A DNA stretch of 64,000 bases from an uncultured cyanobacterium (GTDB lineage Bacteria; Cyanobacteriota; Cyanobacteriia; Cyanobacteriales; Cyanobacteriaceae), in assembly GCA_963749915.1 (NCBI GenBank), contig CAVVOP010000019.1:64001-128000 (forward strand), in the 5' to 3' direction. A program made the position numbers and the translations under genes. The first letter of the stretch is position 1. Each line of letters begins with the position of its first letter. Shown piece by piece: positions 43,020 through 52,427 of the stretch. Below the pieces are notes generated by a model that saw only the letters and a list, made by a program, of their open reading frames with translations, had not been told where the DNA came from and ran no database searches.

Positions 43020-43877
43020 TCAATCAAGTTCTACAGTATCAGCATAGCTATAAATTTCAATCCCGAACTCTTGAGCTATAGGTTTAGCTCGTTCATCTAC
43101 CATGGGAGAAATAACTAGTTTACGATTCGCTTTTCTGTCATGTCGCTTTTCATAAAAAGCCACTTTACGGCTAAAGATATACATATCAGATTTGCTGAAG
43201 GAAGATTTGATTTCACAAATAATCAATAGACCATTTTTGATAATTACGTCTAATTCTATTTGATCTGGTCGACCAAAAACTTCCCCAGCATCATCATATT
43301 CATTGATATTTAGAACCTGTATTTTGAAAGATTCTTCTAAAATTCCTTTGAGTGCATTACGAAAACTTGCTTCTGAATATAAACCCCATCTTGAACCTAA
43401 AGCTCCAATAGTACTATCATGTTTACGGTTCATCTCTTTTATTTCTGCCAACATCTGCTCAAAGCGGCGATCGCTTTCTTCCCATTTACGATCTTGTTCC
43501 TCCCATCGACGATCTTGTGCTTCAAATTTACGATCCATTCGAGCTAATATTTCATCAAAGCGGCGATCGCTTTTATCCCATTTGCGATTTTGTTCTTCCC
43601 ATTTGTGATTTTGTTCTTCCCATTTGTGATTTTGTTCTTCCCATTTGTGATTTTGTTCTTCCCATTTGTGATTTTGTTGTTCCCATTTTATTTGTTGCTG
43701 CTCACGATCGCGTCTTAATTCTTCCATGATTTGATTGAAGCGATCTTGAGTTTCATCTTTTGGAGCATAATAATTAGAAACAGTACGTAAAATGAAATCC
43801 CGTATCTGACTATCTTCTGCTATTATCTGGGGTAATTGTTGTTGAAGCAGGGCTTTTATCTCCGCGTTGGTCATCAT
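43020..43877 (-). CDS. DUF3782-type coiled-coil PD-(D/E)XK protein
   Basis: IGALGSRWG..SEASFR and ELDVII..CEIKSS; heptad-repeat coil. Confidence 0.85.
   Translation of the reverse strand: MMTNAEIKALLQQQLPQIIAEDSQIRDFILRTVSNYYAPKDETQDRFNQIMEELRRDREQQQIKWEQQNHKWEEQNHKWEEQNHKWEEQNHKWEEQNRKWDKSDRRFDEILARMDRKFEAQDRRWEEQDRKWEESDRRFEQMLAEIKEMNRKHDSTIGALGSRWGLYSEASFRNALKGILEESFKIQVLNINEYDDAGEVFGRPDQIELDVIIKNGLLIICEIKSSFSKSDMYIFSRKVAFYEKRHDRKANRKLVISPMVDERAKPIAQEFGIEIYSYADTVELD
43576..43688. repeat. 21-bp coding tandem repeat (KWEEQNH), 5+ copies
   Basis: TCCCATTTGTGATTTTGTTCT units. Confidence 0.92.
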
Positions 43878-44046
43878 TTCAGCTTTTATTTGTTTATATA
43901 TATATTGTACAGAGGAAAAAAGTAATGGTTATTTAGAAATGAACAGTCCCGAAGAACTGAGCAAAGTCAAACAAATAGGATTAAAATTAATCTTACATCA
44001 GTTAATAATTGGCGAAAAATTAGAAAAAATACTTTGATCGAGACTT

Positions 44047-44733
44047 ATGATTGCTCAAGCACAAAATAGCTTAACATTACCAACCCAAGATGAATTACCT
44101 AGTGATGATGGTATTCCCATGGAAACACAAAGACATAAATTACAAATGGATTTGTTGATTTATCCTCTGATTCCTTGGTTAAAAAATCGAGAAGAGGGAT
44201 ATGTAGGCGGAAATATGTTTGTTTATTTCAGTTCGGCACAAGTGAAAAACCAAGACTTTCGAGGACCAGATGTTTTTGTGGTTCTCGGTGTACCAAAAGC
44301 AGAACGAAAAAGCTGGGTTGTCTGGGAAGAGGGAAAAGCTCCTGATGTAGTAATTGAATTACTTTCGGAAAAAACTGCTACCGAAGATAAAACAACCAAA
44401 AAGCAAATTTATCAAGATCGATTGAGAGTTCCTGAGTATTTTTGGTATGACCCTTTTTATCCTGAGGATTTAGCTGGCTTTGCTTTAACTGAGGGCATTT
44501 ATCAACCTTTATCCTTTGATAGTCAAAATAAATTGATTAGTCAACGTTTAGGTTTAAGTTTAGTCCGTTGGCAAGGCACTTATCAAGAAGTTAATACAGT
44601 TTGGTTAAGATGGGCAAATTTAGATGGCGCTGTTTTACCTACAGGTGAAGAAAAAGCTCAAGAAGCGGAACAGAAAGCAAAAAAATTAGCTGCTAAACTC
44701 AGAGAATTAGGAATTAATCCCGACGATGTTTAG
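44047..44733 (+). CDS. Uma2 family endonuclease-like protein
   Basis: LPSDDGIPMET, GPDVFVV, PDVVIELLS and VPEYFWYDP. Confidence 0.92.
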   Translation: MIAQAQNSLTLPTQDELPSDDGIPMETQRHKLQMDLLIYPLIPWLKNREEGYVGGNMFVYFSSAQVKNQDFRGPDVFVVLGVPKAERKSWVVWEEGKAPDVVIELLSEKTATEDKTTKKQIYQDRLRVPEYFWYDPFYPEDLAGFALTEGIYQPLSFDSQNKLISQRLGLSLVRWQGTYQEVNTVWLRWANLDGAVLPTGEEKAQEAEQKAKKLAAKLRELGINPDDV

Positions 44734-45089
44734 CAAAATTAGTTTAAATTTTAATGAGTTCGGTTTTAATCGTAAAAAAAATAAGTACGAAGGATGGTTA
44801 ATTGATGAATAAATGCACAGTATGGACTCACATACACATACCAAAAAGTCGTTAGTGTCTTGAGTTTTTCGCCATAAATATTTAGCTACTGGGCCGCCCA
44901 TTATTTCAAGAAGCAAAGAAAAAACCTCAGGGAAAGGGTCGGTTGTGTTTCGCATGTTCTCCTTATAAATTCAGATTACGAGGTTAGAGGTTGAACAGTG
45001 ATTGACTACGACAAGAAATACTCAGTGATTAGTTCTCTAGCTTATAAAGAGAACTCAGATAAATTAGTAGAAAAATGAGCAACGTTCCA

Positions 45090-46558
45090 TTAATCATTTA
45101 GGATTAATTGCTGGAGTTATAGATGAAATTGGGATTGAAGAAATTATTAATGATGCCCTCGGTATTGACGAGAGGGAAATCGTGACAGCAGGTCAAATAG
45201 TCAAAGCAATTATTCTGAACGGATTAGGATTTATTTCTCGACCTCTTTATCTATTTCCACAGTTTTTTAAAGACAAAGCCACAGAACATTTAATCGGAAA
45301 AGGAATACTACCTGAGCATTTGAACGATGATAGAATTGGAAGAATAATGGATAAACTTTATGAAAAAGGATTATCTTCATTATTTTTAATTATTGCTTTA
45401 GCCACAGTAAAAAAATATAATATCAACATAGATTTTTCTCATTTAGATTCAACTTCTTTTGCGGTAGAGGGGAAATATAGTCAGGAAAAAATCACCAAAA
45501 ATTTGGTGAAAGAAAATGCAGAATTAGAGTTAATTAATCAAATTCCAATTAAGATAATTAAAGGTTATTCTCGTGACCATAGACCAGATTTAAAACAATT
45601 TATTTTGGATTTAATTGTGAGTGGTGATGGTGATATTCCACTATTTTTAAGAGTAGCCTCGGGTAATGAAAATGATAAAGCAATGTTCGGAAAAATAGCT
45701 AAAGAAAAAAGCTCAGAAACATTGAAGAAATTGATGAGGGAAGAATTTAGGTCATCAGAGGGAGCTTATGAAACAGTTTTGAGACTGAATAAGACTTTAA
45801 AATATCATTACATAACAGAGCTAAAAATTAAAATAAACGAATCAAAAAAAAGAGCAGGAAGATTTGTGTTAGCGACAAATAGATTGGATAAAAGTAAATT
45901 TAATTCTGATGAAATTTTAATTAAGTATAAAGAGCAACAAGCCGCAGAAAGAGGTTTTAGTTTTCTGAAAGAGCCATTATTTTTTGCCGATAGTGTGTTT
46001 TTAAAAACCCCAAAAAGAATCGAAACAATGGCAATGTGTTTTTGGGGTTATGCCTGTTGGTATATTCTTTGGGGCAAAGAGAAGTGCGTCGCTTATTAGA
46101 GGAGAGAAAAACGGGGATAAAAAATCAGCTAGGAAAACTAACGGAACGTCCGACGTTAAGATGGATATTTCAAAGTTTTCAAGGAATTCATTTAGTAATA
46201 AATGGAGGAATAAAACAGATAGTAAATCTAACAAATGAACGAAAACTAATTTTAAGTTTTTTCCCGATTTCTTGTCATAATTATTATATTTTATCTGGAT
46301 AACTTATGGGATTTAAGAGTCTAAATATTCTCAATTATAATACCATAAATAAAGAATAGAAAACTGATAGATTTGCTCTGTTTATTTATTCTCATTAAAG
46401 GTGAAGTTATTGACAATGAGATTTTAATTTGAGCAAAGTTCGCGAGTACAAAACGCGAATAAAGAAGATATTGAGTATTATTACTTATATTTTGTCCAAA
46501 ATAAGTTGCTTGGTTTTAATACTTTTATCATCTTACAAAGTGAAGTGCGGAATGTGGG
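45090..46558 (+). mobile_element. Degenerate IS1634-family element (internal deletions, frameshift)
   Basis: HLGLIAGVIDEIG, HLDSTS, GYSRDHRPDLKQ, GRFVLATN and ERGFSFLK. The central part (ADSALY region) is missing; frameshift near 46040; right IR present. Confidence 0.88.
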
Positions 46559-46591
46559 TTTAAAGAGCATTGTATCTTAGCTGTAGCTTAT

Positions 46592-46906
46592 CTAAGTTTT
46601 TTGATAAATAAAACGGGCATAGTTGAGGATTTCTTCTTGTTTGTTGGGAGCTAAGTTATGAATAATTGCGGTGATTTTATCGCTAGTAGGTAGCCATTGT
46701 TTAGTTGCTGATTTCCACACGACAATAAATTGTTTATCGGATAGGTTACATAGAGCAGTAGTTTCTCCTTCTTCATTGGTAAACTCTACCTCGAAATTAT
46801 GGTCATCGTGGCATTCCACTATTGCACCTTGACTACCTATAAATTGCTGATATTCTGCTAGATTGACAAGGAGTTCGACAATATCAAATAGTTCTGGTTT
46901 AATCAT
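46592..46906 (-). CDS. DUF4926 domain protein
   Basis: PELFDIVELL..GSQGAIVE..FEVEF; ATGA-coupled to the upstream gene. Confidence 0.8.
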   Translation of the reverse strand: MIKPELFDIVELLVNLAEYQQFIGSQGAIVECHDDHNFEVEFTNEEGETTALCNLSDKQFIVVWKSATKQWLPTSDKITAIIHNLAPNKQEEILNYARFIYQKT

Positions 46907-47253
46907 GATTTTCTCTTGATGTAAGCGGTGATTAGTCGGGCTTGTTTTGAGTTGGGAGGTATTAGCCAAGCAGTACGGACGTTTTCTCTTTGTTCAGGCT
47001 TGATTCCTTGAATGATTATATCTACTTGGTATCTTCTGCCATATTTATCTTCAAGGTTCGGGATTGCTTCTGTATCAAGGGCTTTGTCTTTGATTTGAGT
47101 TAACAAGGCTGGGTAGTTTTCTTGATTGTATCCCAGATGTTTTTGAAACATTATGGCTTTATCTTTACCTTTGGGGTTTTCAGAGTCGAGGACGTAATTA
47201 GTAAGTTTTCTCGTATCAATAATGATCTCATCGGCATATTCTCTTAATTTCAT
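46903..47253 (-). CDS. DUF6883-like protein
   Basis: RKLTNYVLD....GKDKA.MF...LGY, YGRRY, VRTAW and RLITAY. Confidence 0.75.
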   Translation of the reverse strand: MKLREYADEIIIDTRKLTNYVLDSENPKGKDKAIMFQKHLGYNQENYPALLTQIKDKALDTEAIPNLEDKYGRRYQVDIIIQGIKPEQRENVRTAWLIPPNSKQARLITAYIKRKS

Positions 47254-47256
47254 CTT

Positions 47257-48687
47257 TTAGTCTCTCACTCGCAATTTTCCACTCATTAGTTTAGGGAGTA
47301 AGGTATCACGGGTTTTTGTTAGGGTTTGAATTTGTTGATTATTTAGATGATATTTTTTAAATATTGGTAGAATTATTTTTCTAAAAGAGTCAATAATCAA
47401 AGAATTAGGAATGATAATGGGCATCTCCCGTAAAGATCCTAAAGTTATATAAGATTGTGTAGTTCCTGCGAGCCTTGTTCTAAAGTAAGATTTTCCATAA
47501 GTTGAATTTAAAAACAAATATAAAAATTCAGAATATTCTAGATTTTGAGATGTTTTAAACAAGCCAATATTTTTAATGGCAAAATCAATTTCCTCATCTA
47601 AGACAAAATATAAAATTCCAACTGTTCCAATCATCGATAGTAAGATATCATATCTATCCACTTTGCTCCTTTTATTAATATCGATATAATCAGATTCGGA
47701 AATCAAGTAAGCAGAATTAAAATCAATTCCTTCTTTTTTTAGATGTTTTGAGGTTATCAAATAAAAACCTTTTTCTGATTGTTTAGGAGAATCATGTGTT
47801 CCATCCCTAACATCAATAATCTTTTCTAAATTTCCCACTGGCCAACCTGCGGGAATTTCGCCTAGCTCAGACGGGAGCGAAGCGCTGCTGCAAGCAGTTC
47901 GCATTTCACCACCAGAGGATTTATAAGGTTTACCGTCTTCATTAGGAAACTCAAAATCTATAAACCAATGCTTAAATAATGTCTGGGCAATCGCTTCTAA
48001 GCTTTCATTCTGCCTTCTCAAATTGTCAATCTTCGCATCTAAACAAGATAATACATCGGCAATTTTCTTTTGTTCTTCTAAATCAGGTACTTGAAGCTTA
48101 ATCTGACTCAAAATAGATTGATTAATGAGAGGTTGACCTGAACCGCCTCTTAGCCTATCTAATTTATAGTTATTGAGAAAATAGTAAAGAAACACTGAAT
48201 CAGAAATACCTTCTATACTACTTCCAATAATTGCGTTATCAGTAACCCAGCATTCTTCTTTACTCTCTCCAATAAACCAATTCTCAACCTTTAAACCATT
48301 AAAATCTTCAAAATCACTAACATTATTGGTCACCAAAACCAAATCATTACAAAAAGCAATACCCGCAATTTGTCCATCGGCAAAAGCAGGAATTTTTCCC
48401 ATCTTCGATAACCTCGCCCTTTCCTCACCGTGCCACCGTGCCGCTCGTAAATCATAATCAAAAACAGGCATCTTTAAAGGTATCTGCTCAATATAATCCA
48501 GTAAAAATTTTCTTTTTGCCGACTCAGGAGGTAATCGCAAATAACCATAGAATAGTTTATGAATTACTATTGAATCCGTTGCAACTTCCCTCTGATAACG
48601 GTTCATTTTTTCTACCACAAATTGATTGGGTATTTTTTTATTGATTTCAGAAATAACATTGGTGTCTAAGAGATACTTAAAAGTCAA
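47257..48687 (-). CDS. hsdS: In-frame fusion of a VapC/PIN toxin and a 5'-truncated type I specificity subunit HsdS
   Basis: Residues 1-138 are PIN (YLLDTN, FADGQIA, LVTNN..DF, VENW). They are followed by GSGQP, EQKKIA..LDAKI, LFKHWF, GEIPAGW and RDTLLPKLMSG. Confidence 0.88.
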   Translation of the reverse strand: MTFKYLLDTNVISEINKKIPNQFVVEKMNRYQREVATDSIVIHKLFYGYLRLPPESAKRKFLLDYIEQIPLKMPVFDYDLRAARWHGEERARLSKMGKIPAFADGQIAGIAFCNDLVLVTNNVSDFEDFNGLKVENWFIGESKEECWVTDNAIIGSSIEGISDSVFLYYFLNNYKLDRLRGGSGQPLINQSILSQIKLQVPDLEEQKKIADVLSCLDAKIDNLRRQNESLEAIAQTLFKHWFIDFEFPNEDGKPYKSSGGEMRTACSSASLPSELGEIPAGWPVGNLEKIIDVRDGTHDSPKQSEKGFYLITSKHLKKEGIDFNSAYLISESDYIDINKRSKVDRYDILLSMIGTVGILYFVLDEEIDFAIKNIGLFKTSQNLEYSEFLYLFLNSTYGKSYFRTRLAGTTQSYITLGSLREMPIIIPNSLIIDSFRKIILPIFKKYHLNNQQIQTLTKTRDTLLPKLMSGKLRVRD

Positions 48688-48959
48688 AGCTTAACCTCCC
48701 TTCCCGGACTGCGATCTCTTAAATCAGCAAAATCTTCATCAGTAAATTCTATCCCTTCGCGTTCCATCCGTTCACGAAATCTCAGGGTCATTTCCCAAAA
48801 CGTTTCTTCCTTAAAGCTTTCTGCTTCTTGTGTAGTTCCCTTATCCCCATTACCAGAACCTCTTTTTTCCTCCCGTTTTTTGAGCAGAATTGCCAACAAA
48901 GAATCCTGTTCTTCTTCAGATAAACTCTCAAAAGACTTAATCATTTCCTGTAACTTCAT
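48684..48959 (-). CDS. Putative antitoxin for VapC
   Basis: Small acidic ORF ending DLRDRSPGREV, overlapping the PIN gene start. Confidence 0.7.
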   Translation of the reverse strand: MKLQEMIKSFESLSEEEQDSLLAILLKKREEKRGSGNGDKGTTQEAESFKEETFWEMTLRFRERMEREGIEFTDEDFADLRDRSPGREVKL

Positions 48960-49240
48960 TTATACACCTCATCATGACTACCAATATCAATCAATAAAAT
49001 CATTATTTCTAAAAATTCTCCTTCTTCTGAGAAATCAAAAATAATTCTACAATCATAAGCAACAGAACAAGACCAAAGACCAGCCAAATTACCACTTAGT
49101 TTATAGGATTTAAGAGAAGGAGTAAATGGATCATCAGCTAAAAGCCTAAGTACAGCAAAAATTTTGTTTTTTAACTGAGGATTTTTTTTGATAACTTTTT
49201 TATAAGAACGCTTAAACCCTTAACTCCAAACAACCTTCAT
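48956..49240 (-). pseudogene. RelE/YafQ-type toxin pseudogene
   Basis: Manual translation MKVVWS*GFKRSYKK..DPFTPSLKSYKLSG..WSCSVAYDCRIIF / LIDIGSHDEVY; nonsense at codon 7 plus a frameshift. Confidence 0.85.
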
Positions 49241-49484
49241 CTTCAGCCTCGCTCAAGTCAGCAATCAAATCATCCACTGTTCCTACTTTAGCAGTGCCAG
49301 AAGCGGTCAGCGTAGCTGCGCTGGCAATCGCTTCTTTTAATTCACGGGCATTAGCCAAGATTTCCGTCTCCCTTGTTTTCGCTCGATGTTGACGCAGAAT
49401 TTCTAACAAATCATCTTGTTCGTCTGGGGACAACTTCTCAAAAGACTTAATCATTTCTGCGATTGTCATTACTCCACCTCCCAA
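49212..49484 (-). CDS. Putative antitoxin for the RelE/YafQ toxin
   Basis: Small ORF directly upstream of the toxin; G.AK.GTVDDLIADL tail. Confidence 0.7.
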   Translation of the reverse strand: MGGGVMTIAEMIKSFEKLSPDEQDDLLEILRQHRAKTRETEILANARELKEAIASAATLTASGTAKVGTVDDLIADLSEAEDEGCLELRV

Positions 49485-49551
49485 GCAAAACTAACATTAT
49501 CCATCCTCTCGAATACCAAAAAAACACCATTACCGCAGATTTCCTCCAAAA

Positions 49552-49785
49552 TCAACCAGAAAAAGCAAAAACATCAACCAGAATTGATCTTTGAGGTGAT
49601 GGATTATTATTGAGCATTAAACGAATATTCTCTGCTGTTTCTGCGGTAAAGATTATTTCTCCACAACGAGAGCATACTTGTGCTGGGATATTTTCCACCA
49701 AAACTAACTTATCATTCAAATTAAAAGTTTGATTAACTAGAGTTTCCTGCCAATCATTAGCATTACAAACATGACAATTATCCAT
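49552..49785 (-). CDS. YgiT-type zinc finger protein
   Basis: CHVC...VLVENIPAQVCSRCGE. Confidence 0.88.
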   Translation of the reverse strand: MDNCHVCNANDWQETLVNQTFNLNDKLVLVENIPAQVCSRCGEIIFTAETAENIRLMLNNNPSPQRSILVDVFAFSG

Positions 49786-50099
49786 TATGTCCTCCTTTGT
49801 TTATACTTAATCCATTCTTCAGATGATGGTTCATATAAAGTAATAATAGTTAAAAATTCTCCTTCTTTTCTCGATACCTGCAAATGTAAAACCCGATTAT
49901 TAATTGTTAACCCTAATAGCAAACAACTAGGAGAATATTTATCATCTGGGTAATTTTCAATAATAATCGCATTTTTTCCCGTTTCTTTAATCTCCTCTAA
50001 ACTGATATTCCTCTCTACCAAACGCTGTAAACCATGACGGGTAAATTGAATTTTGCCCTTAGTTAGTTGTTGCCTAATTTGCTTAAGGGATTTCATCAA
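49785..50099 (-). CDS. DUF4258 domain protein
   Basis: TRHG..R..ERNI, IENYPDDKYSPSCLLLG and ITLYEP. Confidence 0.88.
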   Translation of the reverse strand: MMKSLKQIRQQLTKGKIQFTRHGLQRLVERNISLEEIKETGKNAIIIENYPDDKYSPSCLLLGLTINNRVLHLQVSRKEGEFLTIITLYEPSSEEWIKYKQRRT

Positions 50100-50823
50100 A
50101 AATCCCCCAAAGAAAAACCGACTTTCTCTAACTGTATTTTAATCTCTTTATCCAAAGCCAAACCTTCTCGCATTTGTTCTGCTAACTCTTTGGTTAAAAC
50201 TTCCATCGTCTCCTCAAAGGAAATACCATCATCCTCTTCATCAGGAATCCCTACATAACGCCCTGGAGTCAAGACAAAATTATGCTTCTCAATCTCCGCT
50301 AACGTTGCCGACTTACAAAAACCCTTAACATCCTTATAATTCCCCTCGCTCTCTGGGAGAGGGTTTAGGGGTGAGGGCTTCTTCTTCCACTCATGATAAG
50401 TATCGGCAATTTTGGCAATATTCTCATCACTAAAAGCACGATTACGACGATTGACCATATAACCTAACTCCGAAGCATCAATAAATAACACCTCACCCTT
50501 ACGAGATCGACTCTTATTCACGTTTTTATAGCGACTGAGGAACCATAAACAAGCAGGAATACCAGTGTTATAGAATAGCTGTGTCGGTAACATGACAATA
50601 CAATCCACCAAATCAGCTAAATCCTTATGAGCATCATTGAGAAAAGAACCTTCAGGATTCCACTTAATATTCGAGCCATCAATTCCCCTAATCGCCAAAT
50701 TCATCCGACATAACTTATAGGTGGTTTCGTTGCTCTCCTGCCCATAGATAGAAATATCATCCAACCGCCCTTGGTGAGCTTCAATAAACTTCTCACTCTG
50801 AACAAACATTCCCCCCGAACCGC
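50096..50823 (-). pseudogene. hsdM: Type I R-M methyltransferase HsdM, truncated and internally deleted
   Basis: CGSGGMF, YGQESN, LFYNTGIPACLWF and LTPGRYVG are present; the N-terminal half and the NPPF catalytic motif are absent. Confidence 0.88.
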
Positions 50824-51320
50824 AAAGGTTAATCTTACAGTTTCTCAGCCCCAACTGTCGAAAATATTATTTGCTCTGTTAGGTAACCTGCCGAATGTAG
50901 GTTCTAATTGTTTATTTGTGGGCATTTATCTTTTGACATAAAGTTTACTAAGAAGTCATTCAAATCTTCTATGTGGTTGTCAAAATCTATTATCGAGAAT
51001 CACTTTTGACCAAAATATCTGAGCAGGAAAACCAGTTATTAGAGGTTTAAGAATTTCTGTGACGATGATTTTAGAACTTTTAAGCTCAATCTATTTCATC
51101 TTAGAAATTACTCACATTCAATTGGTTAAACTAAGAACCCAATCATTAGGCTATTATTTGTGGGAATTTCTTTTTTACTGGTTAATATTTGCATTTATAT
51201 TTTATGGTCAAAAATATCTAAACCAAGACGAGGTGAACGTTTAGTTTATCATCATTTATTTTCTCTAAAACAAATGCTAGCATTTTTATCGAATGTAGTT
51301 AATCAAATTTATTAGGATTG

Positions 51321-52367
51321 TTATAAATCTATTATTCCATATGTATATAACATAATAACAACCAATCCTATAGAGATAATTAATAATATAACCACGATAA
51401 AATTTAAACAACCTAAATTTCCTTTTATACTTTTAATAACATCTTGTAGCTTCTTAGTTTTTACAGAAAACAGATCATCTATTTGAACTATTTTTTCATC
51501 ATGAATTTTAAGTGATTGACGTATATTAAATATATTCTCAGAATTTAAACTTTCATTATTCTTAATGAGTTCATAAATATCTTTTATGTGTTCACTAATT
51601 TTATTGGTAAAATAGATATTTAGTTTATTTATATCTTGATCAACTTGATATTTGATATCAATTAGTTCACTTGTTATTTCTGATAAATTTTGTTCCAATA
51701 AATTTTGTTTATCTTGGGTTTGTAAATTACTATTATAGTGTTCATTTAAAAGTTTTATTAAATCTTGAATATTTTTGGGTATTTTACCCTCTTTGTTAGT
51801 AAGTTTTTCTAATTCTTCCAATAATTGATTGGCGGGAGAAATCTTACTGCGAATATCACCTTTAGCTTTTAATTGCCAAGATTCTCCACCGGGTAAAATA
51901 TCAACTTTACATGGTTTTTCTATACTGAAATTATTACTAATTGGGCTTACATCTCCTTGAATAATGAATAAAGATTCTATCTGATTTTTTAAACGATTAA
52001 AATTAATTTTACGATCACCATTGAATACTAAATAATAAGATTTACCATTTTCATTTTCTATTAAAATAATCCAATAATAACCACTATTTGTATATTCTAA
52101 ATAAATATTTTCATTATTATCACCCCTATAAGTATCTGCCGTCACGGAAACAGGAGTCCCATATTCCGCTAATATTTGAGGGGCATAATTATAAATATTA
52201 ATTAACTCCTCTTCACTAATATTTATCGGCTTTGGTTGGGGGTTAGATTTTCCACCTGTAACGATAACTCTTTGAGTCGATATTTCTAGTTCTTTTAGTT
52301 TTTTATCTACTTCTTGGAATTTGTTATATATGAGTTCTAGATTTTGACTTGGGGTGTTTTCATTCAT
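51321..52367 (-). CDS. Tubulin-locus accessory protein A: repeated domain, coiled coil, C-terminal TM anchor
   Basis: N-terminal half clearly paralogous to 62106-63176; hydrophobic C-terminal helix. Confidence 0.75.
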   Translation of the reverse strand: MNENTPSQNLELIYNKFQEVDKKLKELEISTQRVIVTGGKSNPQPKPINISEEELINIYNYAPQILAEYGTPVSVTADTYRGDNNENIYLEYTNSGYYWIILIENENGKSYYLVFNGDRKINFNRLKNQIESLFIIQGDVSPISNNFSIEKPCKVDILPGGESWQLKAKGDIRSKISPANQLLEELEKLTNKEGKIPKNIQDLIKLLNEHYNSNLQTQDKQNLLEQNLSEITSELIDIKYQVDQDINKLNIYFTNKISEHIKDIYELIKNNESLNSENIFNIRQSLKIHDEKIVQIDDLFSVKTKKLQDVIKSIKGNLGCLNFIVVILLIISIGLVVIMLYTYGIIDL

Positions 52368-52427
52368 AGTTTTTATATGGAAATAGTCAATAATTAATAA
52401 TGAAAATTATAAAAATTACCAATTAAA

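Noticed and set aside
44707..44955. 82-aa ORF with an AAGGAG RBS
   Set aside because: No recognisable motif and it overlaps the Uma2 3' end; cannot be supported, though not excluded.
46592..50099. Integron cassette array
   Set aside because: No integrase, and the genes overlap, leaving no room for attC sites.
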